Positions 39,201 through 47,889 of a DNA stretch of 64,000 nucleotides are shown here, one piece after another (positions within the stretch are counted from its first letter, which is position 1; every line of letters begins with the position of its first letter). The stretch is from Acidobacteriota bacterium. GTDB taxonomy: Bacteria > Acidobacteriota > UBA890 > WLXD01. A program made the position numbers and the translations under genes. The DNA is taken from assembly GCA_965248695.1 (NCBI GenBank), contig CBDFKD010000002.1:2272001-2336000 (forward strand), read 5' to 3'. The notes under the pieces are model-generated. The model did not search any database. It was not told where the DNA came from and saw nothing but the letters and a program-made list of their open reading frames with translations.

Positions 39201-39487
39201 GATTCGTCCCCACCGGGGCGCGGCCCCCTGGATCTGAAGAGACCCTGTTAGCCGCCGTGACCTAATGGCGTGCCACGTCACGCTCTCAGAATATGTCTTA
39301 GTACTACCGAATTCGTCCCCACCGGGGCACGGCCCTTGGATCCTTCAAGATCCACCAGCCGCCGCGGCTTCGTACCGCACCGCGTCACGCTCGGTTACTT
39401 CCGATTCGTCCCCACCGGGGCGCGGCCCCCTGGATCTGAAGAGACCCTGTTAGCCGCCGTAGCCTAATGGCGTGCTACGTCACGCTC
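39201..39487 (-). ncRNA. Three tandem copies of a putative structured cis-RNA element
   Basis: Units 39403-39487, 39310-39392, 39201-39285 with compensatory stem changes. Confidence 0.7.
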
Positions 39488-39501
39488 GGTACTGCTGTCC
39501 T

Positions 39502-40263
39502 CTACTGTACTACGGCCTTGCCGGCCGCAATGTCCTCCAAGCTCCCCCCGAACTGATCTTCCGAAACCATACGTGCCATACCCGTTGTGGAACCGCTCGT
39601 ATCGCTCGGGCGTGCTCCACCTCCGGTGGATTCCTTGAACAGATGCGCCGCTTGTCGCTGTAGCCTCTCGCCCCACTCTTGCATCGTGAGCGGCAGCGCC
39701 GGGTTGATTTCGGAAAACAACGGCTCCTCGCCACGCTTGGCAACGACCTTGCCGTCCTCTTCGGTCAGCTGGAAGACCGCTGTTCCACGAGACAAAAAGT
39801 CTTCCCACGCCTCGTCACGTACTCCGAGCTTGGATCCCACGGTTCGCAGCTGCGACTCAAGATCCTTCCGTGCCGCTTGCTGCCGTGCCGCCACCTCGCG
39901 CGCATTGGACTCATCGAGCTTTTTTGCCAATGACTCTAGCTGCGCCTGGATCGCTTGCATCTCCGCGTCCTTCTTGGGCGCCGTCTTCTTCAACGTCTCA
40001 AGCTCCGTGACGGCGCTCGTGTACTTGTCCTCAAGACCGGAGATCTCATCGAGCCTCGTGGTCAAATCACCGATCTTGCTGTTCAGACCAACGTTGCTAT
40101 CCCGGAAATGCGCCGTGGCCTTCTTCTGCTCCTCCAGCTCCGAGGCCACCACCATCCCCGGCACATCGCCTTCGAGCTTCAGTACGTACTTACCGTCACG
40201 CTCCACGTACTCGTCGCGAAGTGCTTCGGCAACGGCACCCAGATCTTCAACGACGACTTGCAT
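39502..40263 (-). CDS. Capsid scaffolding protein
   Basis: YVERDGKYVLKLEG, coiled coil, AAHLFKESTGGGA, LEDIAAGKAVV. Confidence 0.85.
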   Translation of the reverse strand: MQVVVEDLGAVAEALRDEYVERDGKYVLKLEGDVPGMVVASELEEQKKATAHFRDSNVGLNSKIGDLTTRLDEISGLEDKYTSAVTELETLKKTAPKKDAEMQAIQAQLESLAKKLDESNAREVAARQQAARKDLESQLRTVGSKLGVRDEAWEDFLSRGTAVFQLTEEDGKVVAKRGEEPLFSEINPALPLTMQEWGERLQRQAAHLFKESTGGGARPSDTSGSTTGMARMVSEDQFGGSLEDIAAGKAVVQ

Positions 40264-40410
40264 GCTCCCACCCTGTCAGCGCGACCGACCGTGGCCCCCC
40301 GGCTACGGTCCGTTGCGTCTGAATCCGTCTCCTTGAATCAATACGACGATCCTGGTCGCGGTGTCAAGCACCTACCGTCGATCCGATTAACCACGCGTGC
40401 TCAGGTACGA

Positions 40411-40478
40411 GAAGGTAAACTTTCGCTTACCTTATTGACTGAAGTAAGGAACTACTGTATATTGTAAGGAAAGCCTTG
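40411..40478 (+). promoter_or_regulatory. Sigma70 promoter and operator palindromes of the TA operon
   Basis: TTGACT(40435)-17 bp-TATATT(40458); AAGGTAA..TTACCTT and AAGG-AAAG-CCTT inverted repeats. Confidence 0.7.
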
Positions 40479-40488
40479 AGGTGCTGCC

Positions 40489-40722
40489 ATGATCGAATCT
40501 TCTATCAGCAAGAAAGGACAGACAACACTCCCCAAGCCCGTACGGGAGATGCTCGGCGTCCAGGCTGGGGACCGGGTACGCTACGTCATTGCCGACGGCG
40601 AGGTGCGAATTCTGCCCGTGCGCTCCATCAATCGGTTGTTCGGCGTGCTACAGCATGATGGCCCCGCCCTTGCGGTAGAGGAAATGGAGCAGGCCATAGC
40701 CGACAGCGCGGCTGAGGGATGA
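40489..40722 (+). CDS. vapB: AbrB/MazE-type antitoxin
   Basis: ISKKGQTTLPKPVREMLGVQAGDRV. Confidence 0.88.
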   Translation: MIESSISKKGQTTLPKPVREMLGVQAGDRVRYVIADGEVRILPVRSINRLFGVLQHDGPALAVEEMEQAIADSAAEG

Positions 40723-41111
40723 TCGCGCTCGATACCAACGTTCTCGTCCGCTATCTGGTGCGCGACGATGTGCAACAGGCGGAGGCTGCTCGGACGTTAC
40801 TGGAGTCGCTCACGATAGATTGTCCCGGCTACGTCTGCCGCGAAGTAATCGTCGAGCTTGTCTGGGTATTGGAACGTGCCTACAGGTTCCCCCGTAAACG
40901 AATAGCGACGATATTGGAACAACTCGTGGCGACCGATGGTCTCGTAGTCGAAGAGGCAGACGATGTAGCCCGTGCAGCGTTTCGATACCAGGCGCATGGC
41001 TCTGGATTTTCTGATCTGATGATTCTGGCAGCGGCCGAACGATCTCAGGCCCATCCGCTATATACCTTCGATAAGAAGGCTACACGGCTTGAAGGTGTGA
41101 CGCTGCTATAG
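40719..41111 (+). CDS. vapC: PIN-domain toxin
   Basis: IALDTNVLVRYL, ELVWVL, FSDLMI, LYTFD; ATGA overlap. Confidence 0.9.
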   Translation: MIALDTNVLVRYLVRDDVQQAEAARTLLESLTIDCPGYVCREVIVELVWVLERAYRFPRKRIATILEQLVATDGLVVEEADDVARAAFRYQAHGSGFSDLMILAAAERSQAHPLYTFDKKATRLEGVTLL

Positions 41112-41144
41112 GGGAGACTGCGTGCTACACGCGATTAACGTGCT

Positions 41145-41726
41145 CTAGCGGCCGTCTGTAGCGATCCCCACCGCACACCGGCACCGAGGATGCGCCGGTG
41201 GCCCCGGAATCAGAAACGGCTTGCCAACCTCCGCCACGGCGTCACGCATCGGCTCACAAATCGGGCAGAGCCGATCATCCGGCGTGACGATCCATACTTT
41301 CTTCTGCCCCTTGGGCAACAGCCCCGCCCGCTGCGCCTGACGCCAGGATTCTTCCTGCCCCGCATTGAGCGCGTTCATCACCTCGGTGCGGGCGATTGTC
41401 TTGGCCCGCTCCCGAAGCTTCTTCTGCACGTAGCGGTCCACCTTGCGGTCGACAAACTGCAGCGTCAGCCCCTGGTCGATCAGCTCGGCGCGGTAATTCA
41501 GCGCCGCTTGGACCTGTTGCGCGTTCAGTCCGATCATCGGTTGGATCGCGCGTGCCGCCTCGAACGGAGGCTGCCCCTCGCGGATGGCGCGCACGATGGC
41601 TGCACGAATACCCCGACGGGTCTCCTCTGAGACTCCCTTGACGAGCCGTGCCGCATGGCGGGCAGCGGCGCGCTGTGCTGCCGGGAGCGTGGCGTCGAAC
41701 CGGAAGGAAGTGCTGGTCGTGGCCAT
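41145..41726 (-). CDS. Phage minor head protein (MuF), C-terminal part
   Basis: RAKTIARTE, DDRLCPIC, PPAHPRCRC. Confidence 0.85.
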   Translation of the reverse strand: MATTSTSFRFDATLPAAQRAAARHAARLVKGVSEETRRGIRAAIVRAIREGQPPFEAARAIQPMIGLNAQQVQAALNYRAELIDQGLTLQFVDRKVDRYVQKKLRERAKTIARTEVMNALNAGQEESWRQAQRAGLLPKGQKKVWIVTPDDRLCPICEPMRDAVAEVGKPFLIPGPPAHPRCRCAVGIATDGR

Positions 41727-42054
41727 CGCTTACCGGCTCGTTAGGCGTTGGACGCGTAGCACCGCGCAGCGTGGAATCGTCATGTCGCCGCACCCCTGGC
41801 GGGCAACTCCCTCAGTCTGGTCCGTCAGGTGGGGCACAACCACGAGACACTGATCGTCTTCGTGTACCAATCACCCTACAGACCGGTACACGAGAGCCGC
41901 AGGCTCGATCATATCCAATGGCTGCCAACTGGCAGAACAGCCGTACGAGTCGTGCCACTCCACCAGAACAGGCGCCATCAAGCTCTCGGCACCAGCCTCG
42001 TCGTACAGACCCTCCCGCAAGCGCTCCATGGCCCGTACGAACGCCCGCTCCATC

Positions 42055-42333
42055 CTAGAGCTCATTGATTCGCTTCGCCCCGAGTCTTCCACCGCGCATG
42101 AACGCCTCCTGCACGCTGTCTCCCACTCCCTCCAACGCCTCCCGAACCTCACCCACCGGCACCCGCCGCAGCGCCCCCTTCGCATCGCCGGCCGACAGCG
42201 CTAGCGCTAGCTCGTTGATCGACACCTGATCCCGCAAGCGCTCCATGGCCCGTACGAACGCCCGCTCCAGGCGCGGCTCGATCCTGTCGGCGGCCGCATG
42301 AAGCTCCCGATACGCAGGCTCTCTACGTGGCAT
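42055..42333 (-). CDS. Probable MuF N-terminal part
   Basis: AADRIEPRLERAFVRAMERLR; position after the portal. Confidence 0.55.
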   Translation of the reverse strand: MPRREPAYRELHAAADRIEPRLERAFVRAMERLRDQVSINELALALSAGDAKGALRRVPVGEVREALEGVGDSVQEAFMRGGRLGAKRINEL

Positions 42334-42625
42334 CGGGAAATAACCCCCCCTTGACCATCTCGGATGCAATGGCGTTGCATACCAACTCTTCGAGTTCTTG
42401 ATGCTCTTCGAGAACCGAGCTCAGCCCCCGCACGAATAACACCGCATGCACCCACTCATGCAGCAGCACATAGTGCTTCCATTCACCGTCCGGCAAGTCC
42501 TCTGCTAGCCGAATGTGCGGCGTCGGCTGGCTAATAAACTCGCCGTGAGCCTCCTCGGTTATATGGATACGAGGCACCTCCTCAACGGCTACCGATATCC
42601 CGTCAACTCTTAGAACCCTGCTCAC
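42323..42625 (-). CDS. Small HExxH metallopeptidase-like protein
   Basis: VLLHEWVHA..EELVCNAIA; coupled to the portal stop. Confidence 0.7.
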   Translation of the reverse strand: MSRVLRVDGISVAVEEVPRIHITEEAHGEFISQPTPHIRLAEDLPDGEWKHYVLLHEWVHAVLFVRGLSSVLEEHQELEELVCNAIASEMVKGGLFPDAT

Positions 42626-44037
42626 GCCACCTCTCCCACGAGCGCCGGTCCCTGACGCCCGATCTCCGCTTGTTCCTCCTCCGCACTCACCCCCGGCCGC
42701 GCCAGCTCGCCCTTCTGCATCGCCGCCCAGAAGGTCTCAAACGACACCGCGTCCGCCTGCAACGCCAACACCAAGGAGCGCAACATGTCGGCCCTCATCG
42801 GCACCGCCACGAAGTCCTTGTTCAGCTCGTAGGCAACCTCCACGTCGCTTGGCTTGGCTTCCGTACCCATCCACCAGGCGTGATACCGCCACGCCTGACC
42901 CAGGGCACTCTCGATCGCCTGCGCCACCGTTCGCAGCGTGGCGTGGGCCCCAGCGTGACGCATCCCTACCGCCGTGGCGGTCTCCGCCGCTCGCGGCTGC
43001 TCTTCCAACAACCGCGCACCCAGCGTCGCCATCATGAGGCGCTTTTCCTCCGATGCCTTGTCCAACGCCCCTAACCCCTGGCCGGTGAACTCCAGCATCC
43101 CCGCCTTACCGGTGGGCTCCAGCATCCACGCTGTGCCCGAGCCGATCTCCAACCGCCCTGACTCCTCGTCCTTGATCCCGGCTACCCACGGGGTAGGCAG
43201 TGCCGTGAAGTGTCGCCCGTGCTCTAGGTCCGCCATCGTCCGGTAGTGCGACAGGTTCACATCCACCAGGTCCAGCAGGGGGGGCTTGTCCACCCGAGCC
43301 GACGTGGAGTTTGGAGACACGAACACGAAGGGAATGAACGGCAGCGCCTCGCCGCGCCGTATCGCCACCACTTCCGGCTCCTGCTGCCCCGGCGGTGTCC
43401 ATGGTTCGTACTTGGAGGAGGATTTCGAGGCTTTCCGATACACCGTTTGCGTATATGCCCCGTCTCGTAGCCGCAGCACCCGGTACTGATCGATTTGCCG
43501 CGTGACGAACTCGTCTCGCTCATCGGGCTCCCGCGCTACCTCTCTGAGCACCACCCGTGTAGTGATCTCATCGCCACCCAGACGCTGCGTGCGCCACGAC
43601 ACGATGTCCTCGGCCCGATACCCACACCAGTAGGGTCGCTTACCCGCTACCTGTTCGGAGCCCATCTCCACCAGGATTCCGTAGCGACCCGTCAGCAGCA
43701 CCTCGCGGGTAGCTTGGAGTGCGAACGTCTCGGCCGACTCGCCCCCTAGCGTCACGTCCCTATCGTGATCCTGGATGCTTGCGGGCAGCAGAAGCGTTGG
43801 CTCTTTCTGAAAGATCAGTCCCGCCAAACCATCCACCGTGCGTCCGGTGGCGTTGTAAAACAGCGCTCGTTGCTTGTAAGCCTCGTACTTGGCTGGCTCG
43901 CGTCCGTGGCTCGCTAGCGGGGGCAGGTATCCAGCCCCCTGCTCCTTGACTGCGTCAGAGCCTTCGTAGCAATGACGCACCCGCTGCCACTTGGTGACGA
44001 ACGCCTCATACGTATCGGAAGCGGTATCTACTGGCAT
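42622..44037 (-). CDS. Portal protein (DUF4055)
   Basis: YKQRALFYNATGRT, KPPLLDLVDVNLSHYR, HFTALPTP, LGARLL. Confidence 0.9.
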   Translation of the reverse strand: MPVDTASDTYEAFVTKWQRVRHCYEGSDAVKEQGAGYLPPLASHGREPAKYEAYKQRALFYNATGRTVDGLAGLIFQKEPTLLLPASIQDHDRDVTLGGESAETFALQATREVLLTGRYGILVEMGSEQVAGKRPYWCGYRAEDIVSWRTQRLGGDEITTRVVLREVAREPDERDEFVTRQIDQYRVLRLRDGAYTQTVYRKASKSSSKYEPWTPPGQQEPEVVAIRRGEALPFIPFVFVSPNSTSARVDKPPLLDLVDVNLSHYRTMADLEHGRHFTALPTPWVAGIKDEESGRLEIGSGTAWMLEPTGKAGMLEFTGQGLGALDKASEEKRLMMATLGARLLEEQPRAAETATAVGMRHAGAHATLRTVAQAIESALGQAWRYHAWWMGTEAKPSDVEVAYELNKDFVAVPMRADMLRSLVLALQADAVSFETFWAAMQKGELARPGVSAEEEQAEIGRQGPALVGEVA

Positions 44038-44443
44038 CGTCCCACCCCTTTTTCAGCTCTCGCGCATACCGGGGGCCTTTCCCCCCCCCCCCGGACCTAG
44101 CGGACGAGATCTACTGATATATGTTCCTCTAACTACTACTTGCACACCCGACAACTCCCCCTGGTCCTTAGTGGGGGAGGTGGCTTTTGCGGACGCCCCC
44201 GTATGGCTGGCTTCGGGTCGAAGACAACAATCCGCCCCCGGTCCCTACTGCGACAGTCGTGGCCCTGCACGGTCCCACCCGCACGTTGGCTCCACGCTGC
44301 CCTTCGGAAGGTATGCAAGGGTCGTTGGAGTGCTTGTATGAAATCGCTCCGGGGAGCCGCCCCGGTTCGGGGTGGCGTGCGCACCAACGAAACGACCGAA
44401 TGCAGATCGGTTCGCTGCTGCGCGCGCGTCTCCTCACGTCTCC

Positions 44444-45676
44444 TCACCCCCACGCCACCTGTCGCTGCCTCACCGCGACTCTCCGCACCCGCTCCACCGC
44501 GTAGCGCAGCGCGTCGATGACGTGGTTGTGGGTGTCCTGTAGCACCGGGATCACTTGTCCCGTGCGCCGATCCGTCTTGTAGCTGTACAACGTCAACTCC
44601 TGGATCATGTGGTGGCAGCGGGGATGCACGACGATGTCGTAGCTGCGCAGAAACTCGATACCTTCTTCCACGCTTCCCGGCCCCTTGCGCGCTTTGGCGA
44701 TGCGCGGGTACCCGTGTCGCTGCAGATACGCGATCGTCTCCGGACGAGCGGAATCGGCGATGATCGGCCAGGCGCGTGCCTGGCCGTTGTCGATGGAGTC
44801 GAATAGCTCCGCCGTGCGGTCGATCTCGCAGCCCACTTGGTACGCCTCCCGATCCACGTACAACTTCCGCCCATCGATCCAGCAGCGCACCAGCACCGTC
44901 GGGTCGACTGAGAAACCCCAGTCGGCTCCGAAGTACAACGCTGTGCCTTCGGGCGGATCGGCGAACTGCTCGACGCTCCAGTTGTCGAACACTCGCGCTT
45001 CTGACCGGCCCACGTACTCCCCCAGCCAGACGTGGGCGTACTTGTCCGGGTCGCGCGCCCGGTCCCACTGCATCTCCTGGGCCAACACGTCTGGGAACCA
45101 GGGGTTGTCCGCGTAGTTGGCCTCCACCACCACCGCGCCGGGCGGTGCATTGGTGCCGCGGAGCAGCGCATCCACCGGGTCGGTGGGACTGTTGGGGTTC
45201 CACGAAAACCACAGCTCCGAGCCGGTGGCGCGCACCGTCGGGCGCAACAGCTCTAGCGACTTGGCTGATAGCGACTGCGCCTCCTCCACCCACGCGATCC
45301 CATACCCCTCCAGCGACTTGATCGACTCGGCCGTATGGTTCTGCATCCCGTGAAAGATGATCCGGCCGTTGGCGCCGGTCTCGATATGCGTGTTGAGGAT
45401 GCGGAAGTGCTCTGACACCCCGAGCCTTCCGATGGTGTCCTCTAGCAGCCGCTTCACGGACTGATCCAGCGACCGTTGCACCTCGCGCACGCACAGGGCT
45501 CGGGTGTTGGGATCCTCTAGGCATCGTTGCACCAGCAGCGAGGCGAAAAACCATGACTTGCCTGATCCTCGCCCACCGTACGCACCCCGGTACCGTGCGC
45601 GCTCCTTGAGCAGCGGCACGAACGCGCGCGGGGCTTGGAGCTGAAGCGTGCCCTCATGCTGCCCGTCATGCCGCAT
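44444..45676 (-). CDS. Terminase large subunit, PBSX family
   Basis: YGGRGSGKS, AWVEEA, SWNP, GADWGF, ADSARP, HVIDALRYA. Confidence 0.95.
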   Translation of the reverse strand: MRHDGQHEGTLQLQAPRAFVPLLKERARYRGAYGGRGSGKSWFFASLLVQRCLEDPNTRALCVREVQRSLDQSVKRLLEDTIGRLGVSEHFRILNTHIETGANGRIIFHGMQNHTAESIKSLEGYGIAWVEEAQSLSAKSLELLRPTVRATGSELWFSWNPNSPTDPVDALLRGTNAPPGAVVVEANYADNPWFPDVLAQEMQWDRARDPDKYAHVWLGEYVGRSEARVFDNWSVEQFADPPEGTALYFGADWGFSVDPTVLVRCWIDGRKLYVDREAYQVGCEIDRTAELFDSIDNGQARAWPIIADSARPETIAYLQRHGYPRIAKARKGPGSVEEGIEFLRSYDIVVHPRCHHMIQELTLYSYKTDRRTGQVIPVLQDTHNHVIDALRYAVERVRRVAVRQRQVAWG

Positions 45677-46115
45677 CGTCCTGAGCCTCGAGCTCCGCAT
45701 CGGCATCCTCGGCCTTAGGATCCACGATGACCCATTCGATGCGGTTGATGATCGGGCCGCCGTGAGGTCCGCCGTGCTCGTGCTTGTGCTTCCCGGACAG
45801 GCTGTTGCGATCCAGGATGTCGCGGGCGGCAACCAGAGCAAGAGCCTTCGCCTCGTCATCCTGAACGATCTTGGATAGACGCTCGATCGCGGGATCCACG
45901 AGGGCGGCAAGTCGCTCCTGTGCCTTGGCCCTGACCTGCGGCGCGGCTCCACCGTGAAAACGACAAACCGTGCCGCCAGCGATCGCCAGGTTTCGACATC
46001 GCTTGCCGCTTCTAGCTGTCGCATGACAGCGGTTTGCAACGCTCAAGTGATTTCTTCCATGGGGTCTCGTTGCTCCATGGGGTCCGTCATGAGACTCATC
46101 GGTTGGCGTGCTCAT
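45666..46115 (-). CDS. Terminase small subunit-like protein (HGGxSTG-type N-terminus)
   Basis: CHATARSGKRC..VCRFHGG; 11-bp overlap with TerL. Confidence 0.7.
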   Translation of the reverse strand: MSTPTDESHDGPHGATRPHGRNHLSVANRCHATARSGKRCRNLAIAGGTVCRFHGGAAPQVRAKAQERLAALVDPAIERLSKIVQDDEAKALALVAARDILDRNSLSGKHKHEHGGPHGGPIINRIEWVIVDPKAEDADAELEAQDDAA

Positions 46116-46435
46116 GCGATGCGCTCCAGGAGCCCTCGATGACGCAGTTGTTCGGTGAGCGCCACCGGGTCAGCACCGATGTACTGACACCACCAGCCCA
46201 GCGAGCAGGGGCGCAACTCCTCCGGGTGCGACAACCACGCAACCAGGTCTGATTCGGGGCCGATCTCCCGTAGCCTCTTGCACGTGCAAGCGGGCCGCTC
46301 GGTTCGATCACGCCACGTTGCCACCATGCCCAGGTCGACAATCGCCCGACGGATCACCGCAGCGGCAAGTGCGCGCTCCGGGGCGATGTCCACGCCTTCA
46401 ACGTCGGGGATCGCGGGGGACTCGAAGCTGATCAT
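46112..46435 (-). CDS. Hypothetical phage protein
   Basis: PERALAAAVIRRAIVDL; ATGA couplings at both ends. Confidence 0.65.
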   Translation of the reverse strand: MISFESPAIPDVEGVDIAPERALAAAVIRRAIVDLGMVATWRDRTERPACTCKRLREIGPESDLVAWLSHPEELRPCSLGWWCQYIGADPVALTEQLRHRGLLERIA

Positions 46436-47475
46436 GCCGCTAGCTCCAGGAGCATCGGGTCCTCGCGGTTCAGCAGCGGCGCGTCATCTCCGATCCTGCG
46501 GCGAGCCATCTGTACGTACTCGGGATTGAGCTCGATGCCCACGAAACGGCGGTCGGCGCGGAGCGCAACGACGCCCGTGGTACCGGAGCCGCAGAAGGGG
46601 TCGAGCACGACACCGCCTTCGGGGCAGCCGGCCAGCACACACGGCTCCACGAGCTTGGTCGGGAAGGTGGCGAAGTGCGCTTCGGGAAACGCAGCTTTGC
46701 CGCCATTCGAGATGGTCCAGACCGAGCGCAGGTTCGCACCTTGCTTGACTTTGCCGCCGCGGTGACAGGGGCGCTGCGGCCTAGCAGTCGGATTGGCCCC
46801 GTGATAGTTCGGCGAATTTGCCCACCCAGAGATGTTGGATTTTCGCCACCTGCCATCAACCAAATCGCTCCGCGTCTCCGGGCGATATAGCGTTCGAACC
46901 GCGTCAGCGTCGTAGTAGTACCGAGCGGACTTCGACAGCAGGAAGACGTACTCGTGGGCCTTTGTGGGCCGATCGGTGACCGACTCGGGCATCGGGTTCG
47001 GCTTTGCCCAGAGGATGTCCGAGCGCAGCCACCAGCCATCCGCTTGCAGCGCGAAGGCGATGCGCCAGGGCATGCCGATCAAGTCCTTCGGCTTGAGCCC
47101 CGGTGTGCGCTCCATGCTTCCAGTGAGGTTCCTGATCTGCGCTGCCTTCACTTGGTTCGCGCTCAGAGCGGAGACATTCGGCGCGTGCTTGCCAGCGTGC
47201 TCTCGTGATTGGGCACCACACGAGCCCGCATAGCAGTCCCCCATGTTGAGCCACAGCGTGCCGTCGCTCCGCAGCACTCGGCGGACCTCTCGGAACATCG
47301 CCACCATCTTGGCGACGTACTCGTCGAGTGTTGCTTCGAGCCCGACCTGGCCGTCAGTCCCGTAGTCACGGAGCCCCCAGTAGGGCGGCGAGGTCACGAC
47401 GCAGTGGACCGACTCGTCCGGTAGCTGGGCGAGGCCCTCCAGCACGTCGGCACAGATCAGCCGGAAGTGCCTCAT
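46432..47475 (-). CDS. Phage DNA methyltransferase (N4/N6 family)
   Basis: VTSPPYWGLRDY, WAKPNPMPESV, HFATFP, LDPFCGSGTTG. Confidence 0.92.
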   Translation of the reverse strand: MRHFRLICADVLEGLAQLPDESVHCVVTSPPYWGLRDYGTDGQVGLEATLDEYVAKMVAMFREVRRVLRSDGTLWLNMGDCYAGSCGAQSREHAGKHAPNVSALSANQVKAAQIRNLTGSMERTPGLKPKDLIGMPWRIAFALQADGWWLRSDILWAKPNPMPESVTDRPTKAHEYVFLLSKSARYYYDADAVRTLYRPETRSDLVDGRWRKSNISGWANSPNYHGANPTARPQRPCHRGGKVKQGANLRSVWTISNGGKAAFPEAHFATFPTKLVEPCVLAGCPEGGVVLDPFCGSGTTGVVALRADRRFVGIELNPEYVQMARRRIGDDAPLLNREDPMLLELAA

Positions 47476-47624
47476 GCGATGCGCTCTAGGGCCAGCAGCT
47501 CGTCGAGACGATCCTCGACCTCTGCCCGTGTGATCTCCGGGTTTCCCTCGTAGCTGGCCGCGTAGTACCCGGCCACGTAGGGCTTGAACCACTCGGCGTG
47601 CTCGAAGATGTACGGGCGCTCCAT
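47472..47624 (-). CDS. Small hypothetical phage protein
   Basis: GGAGG RBS; MERPYIFEHAEWF; coupled to the methylase. Confidence 0.45.
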   Translation of the reverse strand: MERPYIFEHAEWFKPYVAGYYAASYEGNPEITRAEVEDRLDELLALERIA

Positions 47625-47889
47625 CACGACGCTGCTTCCTCCAGGAGCCGCGCTAGCGCCTCCTCTAGCTCCTCGCCGCTCACAAGTTGAGAGGGGTCTT
47701 CTTCGATGGCCGCCAATTGCTCGCGGGCGATCTCGGCATCTCTCCATTCCTTCCTCGTTGCCTCGCTTCACGATGCCCTCCCGAGCCAGAGCCCGAAATC
47801 GGCTGGTACCGATTTGGTACCGTTTTCAACCCTCAAAGGGGGGTCTAGAGGGGTCTAAACCCCCTGTAAGTCGTTGAATCTACGTAGAT

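Larger units (their letters stand above)
32216..47885 (-). mobile_element. Defective siphovirus-like prophage
   Basis: Ordered terS-terL-portal-MuF-scaffold-capsid-neck-tail genes plus an immunity pair; no tape measure, lysis, replication or integrase gene. Confidence 0.9.

Noticed and set aside
39201-39487. CRISPR array or hammerhead ribozyme reading of the tandem repeats
   Set aside because: Units are about 85 bp with internal variation, no unique spacers of regular length and no cas genes. CTGAAGA is on the plus strand in only two units with no matching GAAA core.
42013-42269. Diversity-generating retroelement TR/VR pair
   Set aside because: The copies are identical with no adenine-specific differences, and there is no reverse transcriptase in the window
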